From positions 62,001 through 126,000 of IMG/VR virus record IMGVR_UViG_3300032236_001850: 64,000 nt of DNA; one strand, 5' to 3'. The notes beneath the pieces were generated by a model. It was not told where the DNA came from, did no database searches, and saw only the letters and a list, made by a program, of their open reading frames with translations. Position numbers and translations under genes: made by a program. Every line of letters begins with the position of its first letter. Position 1 is the first letter of the stretch. Shown here one piece after another: positions 27,812 through 37,544 of the stretch.

Positions 27812-28225
27812 ATGGAAAAAATATTAAACTTTGATGCCTTCATCTATGAAAATTCAATGCCAGATCATCAGGATTGGGTTGAGGGAGGTATATTACTTGT
27901 TAGAGGTCTGAATATTAAGGGCATAACTAGAATGTACGCATTTAAAATTAAAAAGATAACACCAGCAGGTGGTGGTAGAATGGCTCATCTTGATTCTCAA
28001 ATTTTTAGAATAGCAAAACAAGACGGAAATTTCAGAGCTGTATCTATAGTATTTGATCAAGCACACATTAAGAAAAATGTTGGATTGAGCGGTCCTAGAG
28101 TGATGTTAAATGCTAAAAATGGAAAAACACCACTTTGGAGAGAGTCTGTTATGGAAACAAACTTTAAAAAATTTCTAAACGATAACGCATCAATATTAGA
28201 TTCCTGGAAAGATATAACTTACTAA
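27812..28225 (+). CDS. hypothetical protein with capsid-targeting-like N-terminus
   Basis: MEKILNFDAFIYEN. Confidence 0.75.
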   Translation: MEKILNFDAFIYENSMPDHQDWVEGGILLVRGLNIKGITRMYAFKIKKITPAGGGRMAHLDSQIFRIAKQDGNFRAVSIVFDQAHIKKNVGLSGPRVMLNAKNGKTPLWRESVMETNFKKFLNDNASILDSWKDITY

Positions 28226-28455
28226 TGAAACACTTACAAATATTTGAAGATTATTCAATAACTTCACCTTACGGAACAACAACGCTTGATAAATTTAAAG
28301 CCTTAAAAAGAGGGGACAATGTTAAATATATGGGTGATGCCTATGTAGTAGAGGAACCTGGCGAATTTGACGTGCTTTTAAGAAGCAGAGACGTTGATGG
28401 TGGCGAGATAAGAGTCAACTACAACATGTTCAAAGCAAAAGGAATGATAGACTAG
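28225..28455 (+). CDS. hypothetical protein with capsid-targeting-like N-terminus
   Basis: MKHLQIFEDY. Confidence 0.75.
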   Translation: MKHLQIFEDYSITSPYGTTTLDKFKALKRGDNVKYMGDAYVVEEPGEFDVLLRSRDVDGGEIRVNYNMFKAKGMID

Positions 28456-29024
28456 GATAGCAAATCCTTAAGAACCCATTCAGTTCTATCTTCTATTGGA
28501 ATAAGTGAAAGATCCACATAAGGAATTCTTTCAAGCTCCAGGTAATTTTTAATTATAGAATCCAGTCTAATTATTTCCTCCCTATTATGGAATCTAATTC
28601 CATCGTTCTCGTCATCCTCTAAGAATGGCGGAACGTAATAGATCTTATGCCACTGACCCAGTGATTTAAGTATTTCCTTTTGTATATGGTTAATAGTTGC
28701 AATATCCTTTAGTGACAATTGTTGACCAAAGAGAGATCTGAAGTAAAAGTAATTTAAAATGGTACTGGAATCGCAAATTACCCATTCCTTAGAATCAACA
28801 TACATTCTTTCCCTTCCTAGCTGTTCATAAAATATAACTAGCTGATCTGTCGGAGTGTCTGGTATTCCCCATTCCGCAATATAATCAGTAGCAGCTTCAC
28901 CAACAAATATAGAATTTTTCTTGTCAATCTTAAGTCTATAATGGACAGAGGTTGCTAAAGTGGACTTACCTGAACTTGGAGCTCCAATCACACAAACCAA
29001 CTTGGATTTTTTTAATTCCTTCAT
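28452..29024 (-). CDS. NadR/Ttd14-type AAA (P-loop kinase) protein
   Basis: VIGAPSSGKSTL, VGEAATDYI, VICDSS, IYYVPP...DGIR. Confidence 0.7.
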   Translation of the reverse strand: MKELKKSKLVCVIGAPSSGKSTLATSVHYRLKIDKKNSIFVGEAATDYIAEWGIPDTPTDQLVIFYEQLGRERMYVDSKEWVICDSSTILNYFYFRSLFGQQLSLKDIATINHIQKEILKSLGQWHKIYYVPPFLEDDENDGIRFHNREEIIRLDSIIKNYLELERIPYVDLSLIPIEDRTEWVLKDLLS

Positions 29025-29075
29025 GTATATTATTTAATTATTATATGATAAAATAAAAAAATAATTCCATAAATA

Positions 29076-29108
29076 TTTTTTTATATTGAATCTTTTTTGT
29101 ATATTTGC
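29076..29108 (+). promoter_or_regulatory. early/host-sigma promoter
   Basis: TTTTTTTATATTGAA...TATATTTGC. Confidence 0.75.
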
Positions 29109-29150
29109 CCTATAATTAAATAACAACAATTAATAATTAAAAAAGAAAAA

Positions 29151-29708
29151 ATGGACACTAGTAAAATTATCAAATTCGGTATTATTGGTTTAGTACTTAT
29201 CGTAATCTTCGGATTATTCTCGAGCGTTATCTCGACAAGCAACGAAGAGGTTGATTTAAGAAATCGCTTCAAACAAAAGATGGATGAACGTACAGCTTTC
29301 TATGACAAGATGTGGAAAACTATCTCTCAGAAATCACAAATCGCTGTTAAGAATGACAGCTCATTCGTTCGTAACGTTAACATCATCATGAGCGGACGTA
29401 AGGATGCTCAAGGTTTAGTTATGAAATGGGTTCAGGAATCTAATCCAAACGCAAACTTCGATCAAGTATCAGCTTTATATGCGGATCTTAGCCGTACCAT
29501 AGAAGGTGAGAGAGATGGTTTCTTCATGCAGGAGAAGATGATTATGGATATTGTATTAGCACATGACAACATCATGACCAAATTCCCATCAGGATTTATT
29601 CTTTCAAGCTTCATGGGTAGAACCCGATTAGTCTACAAGCCAATCACGTCGGATAAAACAGACGATGTTATAAAAACTGGCAAAGACAACGACACTAAAG
29701 TATTCTAA
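29151..29708 (+). CDS. LemA-like membrane-anchored protein
   Basis: N-terminal TM, helical body, C-terminal KFPSGFIL motif. Confidence 0.6.
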   Translation: MDTSKIIKFGIIGLVLIVIFGLFSSVISTSNEEVDLRNRFKQKMDERTAFYDKMWKTISQKSQIAVKNDSSFVRNVNIIMSGRKDAQGLVMKWVQESNPNANFDQVSALYADLSRTIEGERDGFFMQEKMIMDIVLAHDNIMTKFPSGFILSSFMGRTRLVYKPITSDKTDDVIKTGKDNDTKVF

Positions 29709-29720
29709 TAAAAACAAAAC

Positions 29721-29745
29721 AAAGGCAGACTTCGGTCTGCCTTTC
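29721..29745 (+). terminator. hairpin/terminator with UUCG loop
   Basis: AAGGCAGAC TTCG GTCTGCCTT. Confidence 0.7.
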
Positions 29746-29763
29746 TTCTAAAAAATAAATATC

Positions 29764-30975
29764 ATGTCTATCTGGTTATGTCTTCTAATACCTATTATAG
29801 GCGCCATAGTGCTCCTTAAATTTTTCGCAAAGAAATTGACTTGGTGGGAGGTTTTGATTCCGCTATTGGCTTGTTTATCATTCATAGCGATCTTCAAGGC
29901 AATTGTTGAGAAGGTGCAAGTGACAGATACAGAATATCACGGTGCTTTAGTTGAATCAGCAAGATACTATGAGCCATATACAACATGGGTTCAAAAGACT
30001 TGTAGCTACACAGTATCATGTGGTAAAGGTTGTACAAGAACAGTTTACTACGATTGTTCATACTGCGACGAAAACGGTCCGGAGTGGGAAATTAAAAATG
30101 CACTAGGTCAAACCTGGAGCATCAGTCAAGCACAATATAACTACTTACAAAAGAAATGGTCAGCCAAACCTGAATTTGTAGAACTTAATAGAGATATCAA
30201 TTATCACGGAGGATGCGGACAGGATGGAGATGCTTATCAGATTAATTGGAATAAACTTCCATTGAGCGCTGAATCAACCACAACATCAAACAGCTACACT
30301 AATAGAGTTCAAGCTGCTCATACAGCATTCGATTATCCGATCATATCAGACAATGATAAAAAACAATTTAAGTTGTTTGATTATCCAGCAGTTGATGGGT
30401 ATTCACAGAAAATGGTTCTTGGATTGGATAGTATCAAATGGGTTAATAAACGTGATAAATGGTATATGGACCAGTGGGCTACTTTTTTAAATGGCCAATT
30501 AGGTGTTAAGAAACACGCAAGAATCTATTTCCTTTACTTCAAAGATATGCCATCGGTTGCTGCTGACATGCAGGAGGCTTATTGGGATGGAGGTAACGAT
30601 AACGAGATAGTTATCTGTGTTGGTCTATCCAGCAAGTCCCGGCAAATTCAATGGGTTAGACCGTTTAGCTGGAGTCCTATTAGAAGAATCATACCAGACG
30701 TTCGCGAAGATATCATGAAACAAATCAATTTCGATGCGACAAAGTTATCTAATGCAGTTTGGTATAATGTTGACCACGAGTTTAAAAGAAGACACTTCGA
30801 AGAGTTTGATTATATTACTGTCGATCCACCAACATGGGCGAAATGGGTTACATTCTTCGTAACACTTATCATCACAGTTTGGATTTGTTACTGGGCAGTA
30901 GTTAATGACATTGATGGCGATGACGATCCGCTTAGTGATATGTTTAACGGTAATCACAGGAATGGATATTATTAA
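29764..30975 (+). CDS. multi-pass membrane protein with Cys-rich and TPM-like periplasmic region
   Basis: Two N-terminal TMs, CSYTVSCGKGC...CSYC, AYWDGGNDNEIVICVG, C-terminal TM. Confidence 0.7.
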   Translation: MSIWLCLLIPIIGAIVLLKFFAKKLTWWEVLIPLLACLSFIAIFKAIVEKVQVTDTEYHGALVESARYYEPYTTWVQKTCSYTVSCGKGCTRTVYYDCSYCDENGPEWEIKNALGQTWSISQAQYNYLQKKWSAKPEFVELNRDINYHGGCGQDGDAYQINWNKLPLSAESTTTSNSYTNRVQAAHTAFDYPIISDNDKKQFKLFDYPAVDGYSQKMVLGLDSIKWVNKRDKWYMDQWATFLNGQLGVKKHARIYFLYFKDMPSVAADMQEAYWDGGNDNEIVICVGLSSKSRQIQWVRPFSWSPIRRIIPDVREDIMKQINFDATKLSNAVWYNVDHEFKRRHFEEFDYITVDPPTWAKWVTFFVTLIITVWICYWAVVNDIDGDDDPLSDMFNGNHRNGYY

Positions 30976-31330
30976 GGAGAAGGGAACCCACATAAATAGA
31001 CATTCTGACAAGATCTTATTTGAAAGAATAGGACTTCTAAAATTCAGAATGACCGGATTTATGATCGGTGGACTTAGACAGATGGTGGATGAAAATGAAA
31101 AAATTCTTTTACTTGATCCTCCAGGAGGTCCAAGACTAACATCAATATCGGATTATCACGGATGGGGAGCTACCGATATGGGTGAATTCAATAAAAAATG
31201 GAAGGGGATGAAAATAATTTCATTTGAATTTGCTCTCAAAAACGATGGTATATTGGATGGTGCAATCCTGATAGAATGTGAATACATCTTAGATAAAGTG
31301 AGATGGAAGAAAATAAAAAATCCAGCTTGA
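30905..31330 (+). CDS. hypothetical protein (start probably near 30962)
   Basis: ORF overlapping upstream gene; MDIIKEK is the likely start. Confidence 0.6.
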   Translation: MTLMAMTIRLVICLTVITGMDIIKEKGTHINRHSDKILFERIGLLKFRMTGFMIGGLRQMVDENEKILLLDPPGGPRLTSISDYHGWGATDMGEFNKKWKGMKIISFEFALKNDGILDGAILIECEYILDKVRWKKIKNPA

Positions 31331-31344
31331 TGCTGGATTTTTTT
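31315..31344. terminator. bidirectional terminator
   Basis: AAAAAATCCAGC/GCTGGATTTTTT between convergent genes. Confidence 0.85.
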
Positions 31345-31963
31345 ATTTTAACCATTTGTCAAAAATGTTCAATGCTTTTTTATATTTTTCCTTCTTGTCT
31401 TCGAATTCAGAATTTGTCAATTTAATTCCCTTGAGAAATTTTTTCCTTGTTGGTTCATCAATCGCATCACTCATGATAAATACAGACCCTGGATTTTTTG
31501 AATATGTTTTAATCATATAATCAGCTATTTTACTGTTATCATTAAATTGGGCTTTATCAATATCACCATATATGCTTCTTATTCCCTTCTTTTTATATTG
31601 TTTTAGAGTCCAATCATAAATGTACAGAAATTGCTGATTCCATCTTAATAAAGTATCCTCACCATCAAATTTTTTCATTATTCTCGGTGAACCTGGAAGA
31701 AATTGTCCCTGCCAAGCTCGTAAGGTTTCAGGTATTCTCCTAACTAACCCATTGGAATAAACCGTGATATTATTACTTGGTCTATCTAAGTCAAGCTCTT
31801 TATTATAAAGTCTCATGTTCATATGTCTCTTTATAACATCAGTGCTGGAATCATAATAGCCCATTGCAGTCAATAATAGAAAACCTGGGAGTTGTTTTAT
31901 ATCTTCGTATGTGTAATCATGCGAATTTGATTCAAACAGTTTAAAAGTCATTAAATTTTTCAT
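31343..31963 (-). CDS. hypothetical protein with capsid-targeting-like N-terminus
   Basis: MKNLMTFKLFES; GATATATATG motif just upstream. Confidence 0.8.
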   Translation of the reverse strand: MKNLMTFKLFESNSHDYTYEDIKQLPGFLLLTAMGYYDSSTDVIKRHMNMRLYNKELDLDRPSNNITVYSNGLVRRIPETLRAWQGQFLPGSPRIMKKFDGEDTLLRWNQQFLYIYDWTLKQYKKKGIRSIYGDIDKAQFNDNSKIADYMIKTYSKNPGSVFIMSDAIDEPTRKKFLKGIKLTNSEFEDKKEKYKKALNIFDKWLK

Positions 31964-31989
31964 AACATATATATCATAAAAAATAAAAA

Positions 31990-32178
31990 ATGATTGGAGC
32001 TATAGTTATAAAGGGATGGGACATACACCAGGCAAAGATTAGGTGGGGTGAAGAATTTGTGGATAACGTGATGCTGAAATGCAGCGGAAAACATCCATCA
32101 GTTCTTTATAATGAAACGGAGGATCTGGAAATCAAGGAGTGTTTGCAACTTCTATTTAAAGAATCTCTTGATATATAA
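31990..32178 (+). CDS. hypothetical protein
   Basis: 62 aa ORF. Confidence 0.55.
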   Translation: MIGAIVIKGWDIHQAKIRWGEEFVDNVMLKCSGKHPSVLYNETEDLEIKECLQLLFKESLDI

Positions 32179-32190
32179 TTAAATAATAGT

Positions 32191-32895
32191 ATGTTAAGAG
32201 ACAAGATAACCATAGTAATACCTTGCAAGAACGAGGGAACTATAATTAAAAAGGCATTAGATCTAATAAATCTACAAAGAGGTATCGAGGGAACAAGAGT
32301 TATAGTAGCAGATTGTTCAGATGATGGATTCACCAGAAATTTAATATTATCAAATAGTGAAAAAAATGTCAACTTAGAAATAATAGATGGCGGATATCCA
32401 GCTTTTGGTAGAAACAGAGGAGCTGAAATTTCGAAAACACCATATATTCTATTTCTTGATTCCGATATGTTTTTGGAGGATCCAAACACTCTGTCAATAA
32501 TAGTAAATGATTTCATCAAAACAGGAAAGCATCTGGCAACAACCAAGATGAGAACCAATGATGGCAAATACAACTACGTTTACAAAATATTTGATTTTAT
32601 CCAAAAGGGTTCAAGTTTTACCACACCTTTTGCTATAGGTGGTTTCATGCTATTTAAAAGGGAGGAATTTAATAGACTTGGTGGATTTGTGGACGAGGAT
32701 AAATTTGCTGAGGATTATCACCTGAGTTCAAAAATAAAACCATCCAAATTTAAAATCTATAATGAGATAGTTTATACAACATCCAGAAGATTTAAAAACA
32801 AGGGATTGAAATATATGCTTATAATGATGCTAAAATCCTGGTTAAATAGAAACAACGAGGAGTTTTTTAAAAATGATCACGATTATTGGACATGA
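32191..32895 (+). CDS. glycosyltransferase family 2
   Basis: IVIPCKNE, VADCSDD, GRNRGA, LFLDSD, GGFMLF, GGF..D.FAEDY. Confidence 0.9.
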   Translation: MLRDKITIVIPCKNEGTIIKKALDLINLQRGIEGTRVIVADCSDDGFTRNLILSNSEKNVNLEIIDGGYPAFGRNRGAEISKTPYILFLDSDMFLEDPNTLSIIVNDFIKTGKHLATTKMRTNDGKYNYVYKIFDFIQKGSSFTTPFAIGGFMLFKREEFNRLGGFVDEDKFAEDYHLSSKIKPSKFKIYNEIVYTTSRRFKNKGLKYMLIMMLKSWLNRNNEEFFKNDHDYWT

Positions 32896-33611
32896 AATAT
32901 AAAACCATAATACTATCTGATATACATCTTGGTTCCAAATCAAGCAGAACTGAGGATGTTATAGACTTTCTAGAAAAAAACACAGCAGAAAGATTAATTC
33001 TAAACGGAGACATAGTTGACGGATGGGCTTTATCTAGAGGTGGTAAATGGAAAGACGTTCACACGAAGCTGATAAGAAAATTTCTAAAAATTAGTGAAAA
33101 AGGAACATCAGTTATTTGGATAAGAGGCAATCATGATGATTTTATCAAGGACTTCATTCCAATAAAACTATCCAATATACAAATAGAGGAAAGCTACACA
33201 TTCATCTCCAAAAAAGGTAAAAGAATTTACTGTTTTCATGGAGATGTTCTTGATGTGTTTATAATGAAAACAAAATGGTTAGCTCATATAGGTTCAATAG
33301 GATATGATGTTGCATTATGGATTAATAGAGTTTATAATAGCTACAGAAAATATAGAAATCTCCCATATTATTCAATTTCAAAGGACATAAAGAATGGTGT
33401 TAAGAAAGCTGTCAATTTTATAAATGATTTCGAAGACAATGCCATAAAACTTGCTTTATCAAAGCATGCAGATATTGCAGTATGTGGACATATACATCAA
33501 CCAGATATTAAGCATAACTATATGAACTCCGGTGATTGGTGTGAAAACTGTACAGCTCTAGTGGAAACACTTAAGGGAGAATGGTTAATAATAGAACACC
33601 ATAAAAAATAA
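32886..33611 (+). CDS. LpxH-like (UDP-2,3-diacylglucosamine hydrolase family) metallophosphoesterase
   Basis: LSDIHLG, LNGDIVDGW, RGNHD, FHGD, CGHIHQP, YMNSGDWCE. Confidence 0.88.
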   Translation: MDMKYKTIILSDIHLGSKSSRTEDVIDFLEKNTAERLILNGDIVDGWALSRGGKWKDVHTKLIRKFLKISEKGTSVIWIRGNHDDFIKDFIPIKLSNIQIEESYTFISKKGKRIYCFHGDVLDVFIMKTKWLAHIGSIGYDVALWINRVYNSYRKYRNLPYYSISKDIKNGVKKAVNFINDFEDNAIKLALSKHADIAVCGHIHQPDIKHNYMNSGDWCENCTALVETLKGEWLIIEHHKK

Positions 33612-33637
33612 AAAGTCAATCTTCAGATTGACTTTTT
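33610..33637. terminator. bidirectional terminator
   Basis: AAAAAGTCAATC/GATTGACTTTTT. Confidence 0.8.
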
Positions 33638-33888
33638 CCTTTTAACTTAGGTATATTAATTCTTTTTCCTGAAATCCAAAAATAGATTCCAAAGAAGAAA
33701 GCCGAGAGGCAATAAAATATACCATCTGTTATCAGATACGATCCTGTCCAATGCATCACTAATGCAAAAAGTGCGTCGAAACCCAGTGGGTTGAAGAATG
33801 TCGCCAGGATCAGCACAATTGTCTGAATGTTTTTTCTCTGCATTTTTCTTGGGAGTGTCGGTGTCCATAATGGAATTTTTTTGCACAA
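33616..33888 (-). CDS. small membrane protein (start probably 33843, MQRKNIQ)
   Basis: Two hydrophobic helices around NPLGFDALF. Confidence 0.65.
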   Translation of the reverse strand: MCKKIPLWTPTLPRKMQRKNIQTIVLILATFFNPLGFDALFALVMHWTGSYLITDGIFYCLSAFFFGIYFWISGKRINIPKLKGKSQSED

Positions 33889-34008
33889 TTTCCATCCTTA
33901 ATGGAAAAAAATTGCGAGATTCAAGTTATCTGATCTATATATTGGAAAAAAATGGGAAACTTTTGACTTTTTACTCTATAATTATCATAAACACAAAAAC
34001 ATAGCGCC

Positions 34009-34284
34009 ATGCTTAAATTACCAAAATCTCATAAAAGGACATTTGATCAGCTTGATTATGCAAGAGCGGTTAAGAAATTAGAATCATCCTACCATGTGTT
34101 ATCAAACGAGAAGATAGAGGAAATAAAAAGATTAGCTCCAGATGTTCCATTTAATCTACCATACTATGGTATGACATTTGATGAAGCAAAATATGCTGAA
34201 GCGATTAGGAATTTAAGACATGGATATTATACACTTCCATCAGAAACAACAGACAGGCTTAGGGCTTTGGCCAAAGATTTATAA
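34009..34284 (+). CDS. hypothetical protein with internal repeat
   Basis: Two copies of TFDxxxYAxAxxxL..Y..L..E. Confidence 0.7.
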   Translation: MLKLPKSHKRTFDQLDYARAVKKLESSYHVLSNEKIEEIKRLAPDVPFNLPYYGMTFDEAKYAEAIRNLRHGYYTLPSETTDRLRALAKDL

Positions 34285-34670
34285 TGGATGAAATCACACT
34301 CATAGATCCTCTTGGATATGATTTAAGCGAGACCATCCTCATAGATGGTAGGCTCTACTATGCAAAACATCACGTTTGCCAGACGTGTGGTGTATCTGGG
34401 TGTGTTCAATATTGGGTTGAAGGTAACGGAGTAGCCAAGTGCGAATTGCCAGTCCTTAATGATGTTATGATTTACGGTAAACTTTTTGGAAGATGTTTAC
34501 TGTGTAGAATACCAGATCCTAATAATAGGTATTTTTACCAGCCAAGATTGGATATCTTTAGGCTTGAGGAGGAGGGAAGACCTTTCTCTATATCAATGAA
34601 TCTCTATGATCCTAATAGAGATTCGATCGTTTCGGATTCCACATTAATCGAGTGGAGTAAAATAAGATAA
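34284..34670 (+). CDS. hypothetical Cys-rich protein
   Basis: CQTC...C...C...CLLC. Confidence 0.7.
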   Translation: MDEITLIDPLGYDLSETILIDGRLYYAKHHVCQTCGVSGCVQYWVEGNGVAKCELPVLNDVMIYGKLFGRCLLCRIPDPNNRYFYQPRLDIFRLEEEGRPFSISMNLYDPNRDSIVSDSTLIEWSKIR

Positions 34671-34676
34671 AATTTA

Positions 34677-34709
34677 TTTTTTTATTTCGATTCCTTTTTA
34701 TACATTTGC
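34677..34709 (+). promoter_or_regulatory. early/host-sigma promoter, probably leaderless mRNA
   Basis: TTTTTTTATTTCGA...TACATTTGC only 3 nt before the ATG at 34713. Confidence 0.7.
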
Positions 34710-34712
34710 AAC

Positions 34713-35270
34713 ATGAAAGGAAAAGATCTAAACATATTCGTTAGATTCGGAGGGGTTAACCTAAAGAAGCAGAAGGGATACAAGTCTGAACCGGCTACGT
34801 TTCATTCACCACCTGCTACTAGAGGTTTCTACGCCATGCCTAAAGTTGCACAAGAGTTTTTTCTTATCAGCTCAATGGAAAGATACCAACCAAGCGCTGT
34901 ACCAAAGTCTGTCGAGTATGATGAAAATAGAACAGAAGAGGAAGCAGAAAAACTCTGGGATGATTACCACAGAAGAAGAAAGAAATCTATAAGCTCGATG
35001 AGAAAAGAGTTTACAAAAACTGAGGGGCATATCTGGCATCACTTAACCGAATACGTTAAACCCAATGAAGTTATTGAAAGACACGGAACTTGGGTAAAAA
35101 CAGATTTAGCTGCATGGAAGAAAGCATTCTCTAAGGTCTCATTAAAATACCGATATGGTAATAATAGCTGGGATCTTTCAACTAATTCAATCAATGAGAC
35201 AGGACGTTCCGGTCTTTTTGGTTATTACTCAAGAGACGAATTTGAAGTATTTTTTGACGAAAAAGTTTAA
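34713..35270 (+). CDS. hypothetical protein
   Basis: 185 aa ORF. Confidence 0.8.
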   Translation: MKGKDLNIFVRFGGVNLKKQKGYKSEPATFHSPPATRGFYAMPKVAQEFFLISSMERYQPSAVPKSVEYDENRTEEEAEKLWDDYHRRRKKSISSMRKEFTKTEGHIWHHLTEYVKPNEVIERHGTWVKTDLAAWKKAFSKVSLKYRYGNNSWDLSTNSINETGRSGLFGYYSRDEFEVFFDEKV

Positions 35271-35289
35271 ATAAAAAATATCAAAAAAT

Positions 35290-35323
35290 ATTTTTTTATA
35301 TCGAAAACATTTCATATATTTGC
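35290..35323 (+). promoter_or_regulatory. early/host-sigma promoter
   Basis: TTTTTTTATATCGAAAACATTTCATATATTTGC, identical in its core to 42304-42336. Confidence 0.8.
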
Positions 35324-35345
35324 CTTGTAATTAAAAAGAAACAAA

Positions 35346-36593
35346 ATGAAACTTTCAAATTTGCACACCACCAAATCTGGATACGCTTTAAAGAACATGA
35401 TGCTCAACGAATCAAGAACCGTCATAATCGGTAAAGTTGAGGACAAAGATCAAATCAAAGAAAATCCGGATCAAGTATCTGAATATATCCAAGTTAAATG
35501 GGATATTGACAGAGAGAATAAAATATGTAAATGTCAACTTGGTATTGAGGAGTATGACATTAGTCTGGTAAACAAGTATATTCCAGACGTAACACCTGAA
35601 CCAAAACCAAAAAAGAATTTCTACACTTTCAAGAAAGATGCTTGGCATTGTAAAATTTACAAATGGGTTTTTGGTAAAGAACCTCATAAAGTTCACCCAA
35701 CCATGTGTCCATACTTCTGGATTATGGTGGTGGTATTTTTAACCTTTCCCCTTATTTTGCTTGTTAAAATGACTGGCAAGATGGGAGCTAACTTCATTGA
35801 ATCTTGCTCCACATATTCTAAAAGAATGGACGAGAAAAGAAGAGCAGCTTTTGTTAAGATGTGCTTGGATAAACTACCAACCATGACCGACAAGGAAGCA
35901 TATAATCTTAAGCATAGTAGGATATACAAGAAATATTGCTATGAACTTTATCATAAGGAAAGATATGAGATAGAAGATAAAGGTTCTGCTTGGTATAATC
36001 AAAAATGCGAAGTGGAGAGACAAGCTAGAATGGAGAAGGAGGAAGCAGATAGAATCAAGAGAGAATTAAAATATGAGAAAACAGAGGCTCTAAGAAAAAC
36101 CAAAGAGGAGAGGGAAGTAAAGATAGAGGAATTTAAGCAATCTAAAACTTCTAAAATCATTGGGATAGGTCTTGTGATTATTATATCCTACTTTGCCATC
36201 TGGGGATTAGGTGTTGCAGCAGTGAAAACATACGAATGGGTTAACTGGAAGTATGTTGGATATGGGATTTTAGGAATAATGGGAATGGTAACTGCAGGAT
36301 TTATCATCTATATCACATTCAAATACATGGTAAATCCGTTTTTCAAATGGACATTCATGCAAATGAGTAAGATCAATCCGCCGAAACTTCCTAAAATACC
36401 TGTCTATAAATTCGGTAAAAAGATAGGTAAGGTTTTCAAATTCCTTCTCGGTTGGGTGAAACCAATGTTCAGAGCAATCGTTCAGGGTATCATCTATATG
36501 GCGGATTTCTTCGGAATGGTTAGGGATTTGATTCACAGTATGTATAAAAAGAATTGTCCAGTCATTACATGGACTGACGATGACCAAAAATAA
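35346..36593 (+). CDS. hypothetical membrane protein with coiled coil
   Basis: CPYFW + TM, charged coiled coil, further TMs. Confidence 0.8.
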   Translation: MKLSNLHTTKSGYALKNMMLNESRTVIIGKVEDKDQIKENPDQVSEYIQVKWDIDRENKICKCQLGIEEYDISLVNKYIPDVTPEPKPKKNFYTFKKDAWHCKIYKWVFGKEPHKVHPTMCPYFWIMVVVFLTFPLILLVKMTGKMGANFIESCSTYSKRMDEKRRAAFVKMCLDKLPTMTDKEAYNLKHSRIYKKYCYELYHKERYEIEDKGSAWYNQKCEVERQARMEKEEADRIKRELKYEKTEALRKTKEEREVKIEEFKQSKTSKIIGIGLVIIISYFAIWGLGVAAVKTYEWVNWKYVGYGILGIMGMVTAGFIIYITFKYMVNPFFKWTFMQMSKINPPKLPKIPVYKFGKKIGKVFKFLLGWVKPMFRAIVQGIIYMADFFGMVRDLIHSMYKKNCPVITWTDDDQK

Positions 36594-36619
36594 AAAATTA
36601 ACAATTAATAATTAATTCT

Positions 36620-37441
36620 ATGAGTATCTTCAAAAAAGGTAAATTAAGTAAGCCAGAATTCATCTCCAAGATGATTGGCGCAGTCATCTCGCTTTTGGCA
36701 TTTGGCTTCATTTGGACCATCCAGTTTCCAGGTGACACAGTAAAGGACAATGGTTCCTTAAGTTTTTCAGCAATGCACACAACATTCAACATTGCTTTCT
36801 TGGTAGGCTTATTTGTCTACATTGTTATCCTAATGAGAAAATCATTAGATCAAAATTTAGAATGGGAATTCAGGGAGACAAAAGACACTGATAAAAACCC
36901 ATTTGGTAGTGTAACCGGACTATTGATTTTATTGCTTCTATTCGTTGGAGCAAGTAGATTCTATAAGGACTCAAAAGCCATCTATAACAAAACAGTGGTA
37001 TACCAAAATGACTATGCACAAGTAAATCAAGAGAAGGAAACATATTACGACAACATGTGGAAATCTTATACACTTAAACATAATGTGCTAATCGAGAACA
37101 AAGCCACATTCATCGAGGTAACTAAGATGATTATGGACGGAAGACACGACGGTGAGCATCTTACTTGGAAATGGTTACAAGAAAACCAACCGGTGCCATA
37201 TAACGAATTTACACGATTCTATGCTGATCTATCACAGTTCGTAGAAAGCCAAAGAGCAGGATATTTAGCACTAGAAGTTAAGTCACAAAACATTGCAAAA
37301 GCTAATAATATATTGCTGCAGACTTTCCCGAACAATATATACAACAAGGTTCTGAACAGATCACAGATTGATTATAAACCTGGATTTACCTCAATCAGAA
37401 CAAGACAAGTATTCGAACACGGAATAGAAGAAGTTGAGTAA
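36620..37441 (+). CDS. LemA-like protein with extra N-terminal TMs
   Basis: C-terminal half is a paralog of 29151..29708 (YDNMWK, WLQENQP, YADLS, TFPNNIY). Confidence 0.65.
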   Translation: MSIFKKGKLSKPEFISKMIGAVISLLAFGFIWTIQFPGDTVKDNGSLSFSAMHTTFNIAFLVGLFVYIVILMRKSLDQNLEWEFRETKDTDKNPFGSVTGLLILLLLFVGASRFYKDSKAIYNKTVVYQNDYAQVNQEKETYYDNMWKSYTLKHNVLIENKATFIEVTKMIMDGRHDGEHLTWKWLQENQPVPYNEFTRFYADLSQFVESQRAGYLALEVKSQNIAKANNILLQTFPNNIYNKVLNRSQIDYKPGFTSIRTRQVFEHGIEEVE

Positions 37442-37488
37442 CATTTAAAAAATCGGGATTGAAAAATCCCGATTTTTCTTCCAAATTA

Positions 37489-37521
37489 TTTTTTTATTCA
37501 AAAAGGATTCCTTATATTTGC
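37489..37521 (+). promoter_or_regulatory. early/host-sigma promoter for the tRNA/ncRNA cluster
   Basis: TTTTTTTATTCAAA...TATATTTGC after terminator hairpin 37447-37477. Confidence 0.75.
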
Positions 37522-37544
37522 CTTGTAATTAAAAACAAAACAAA

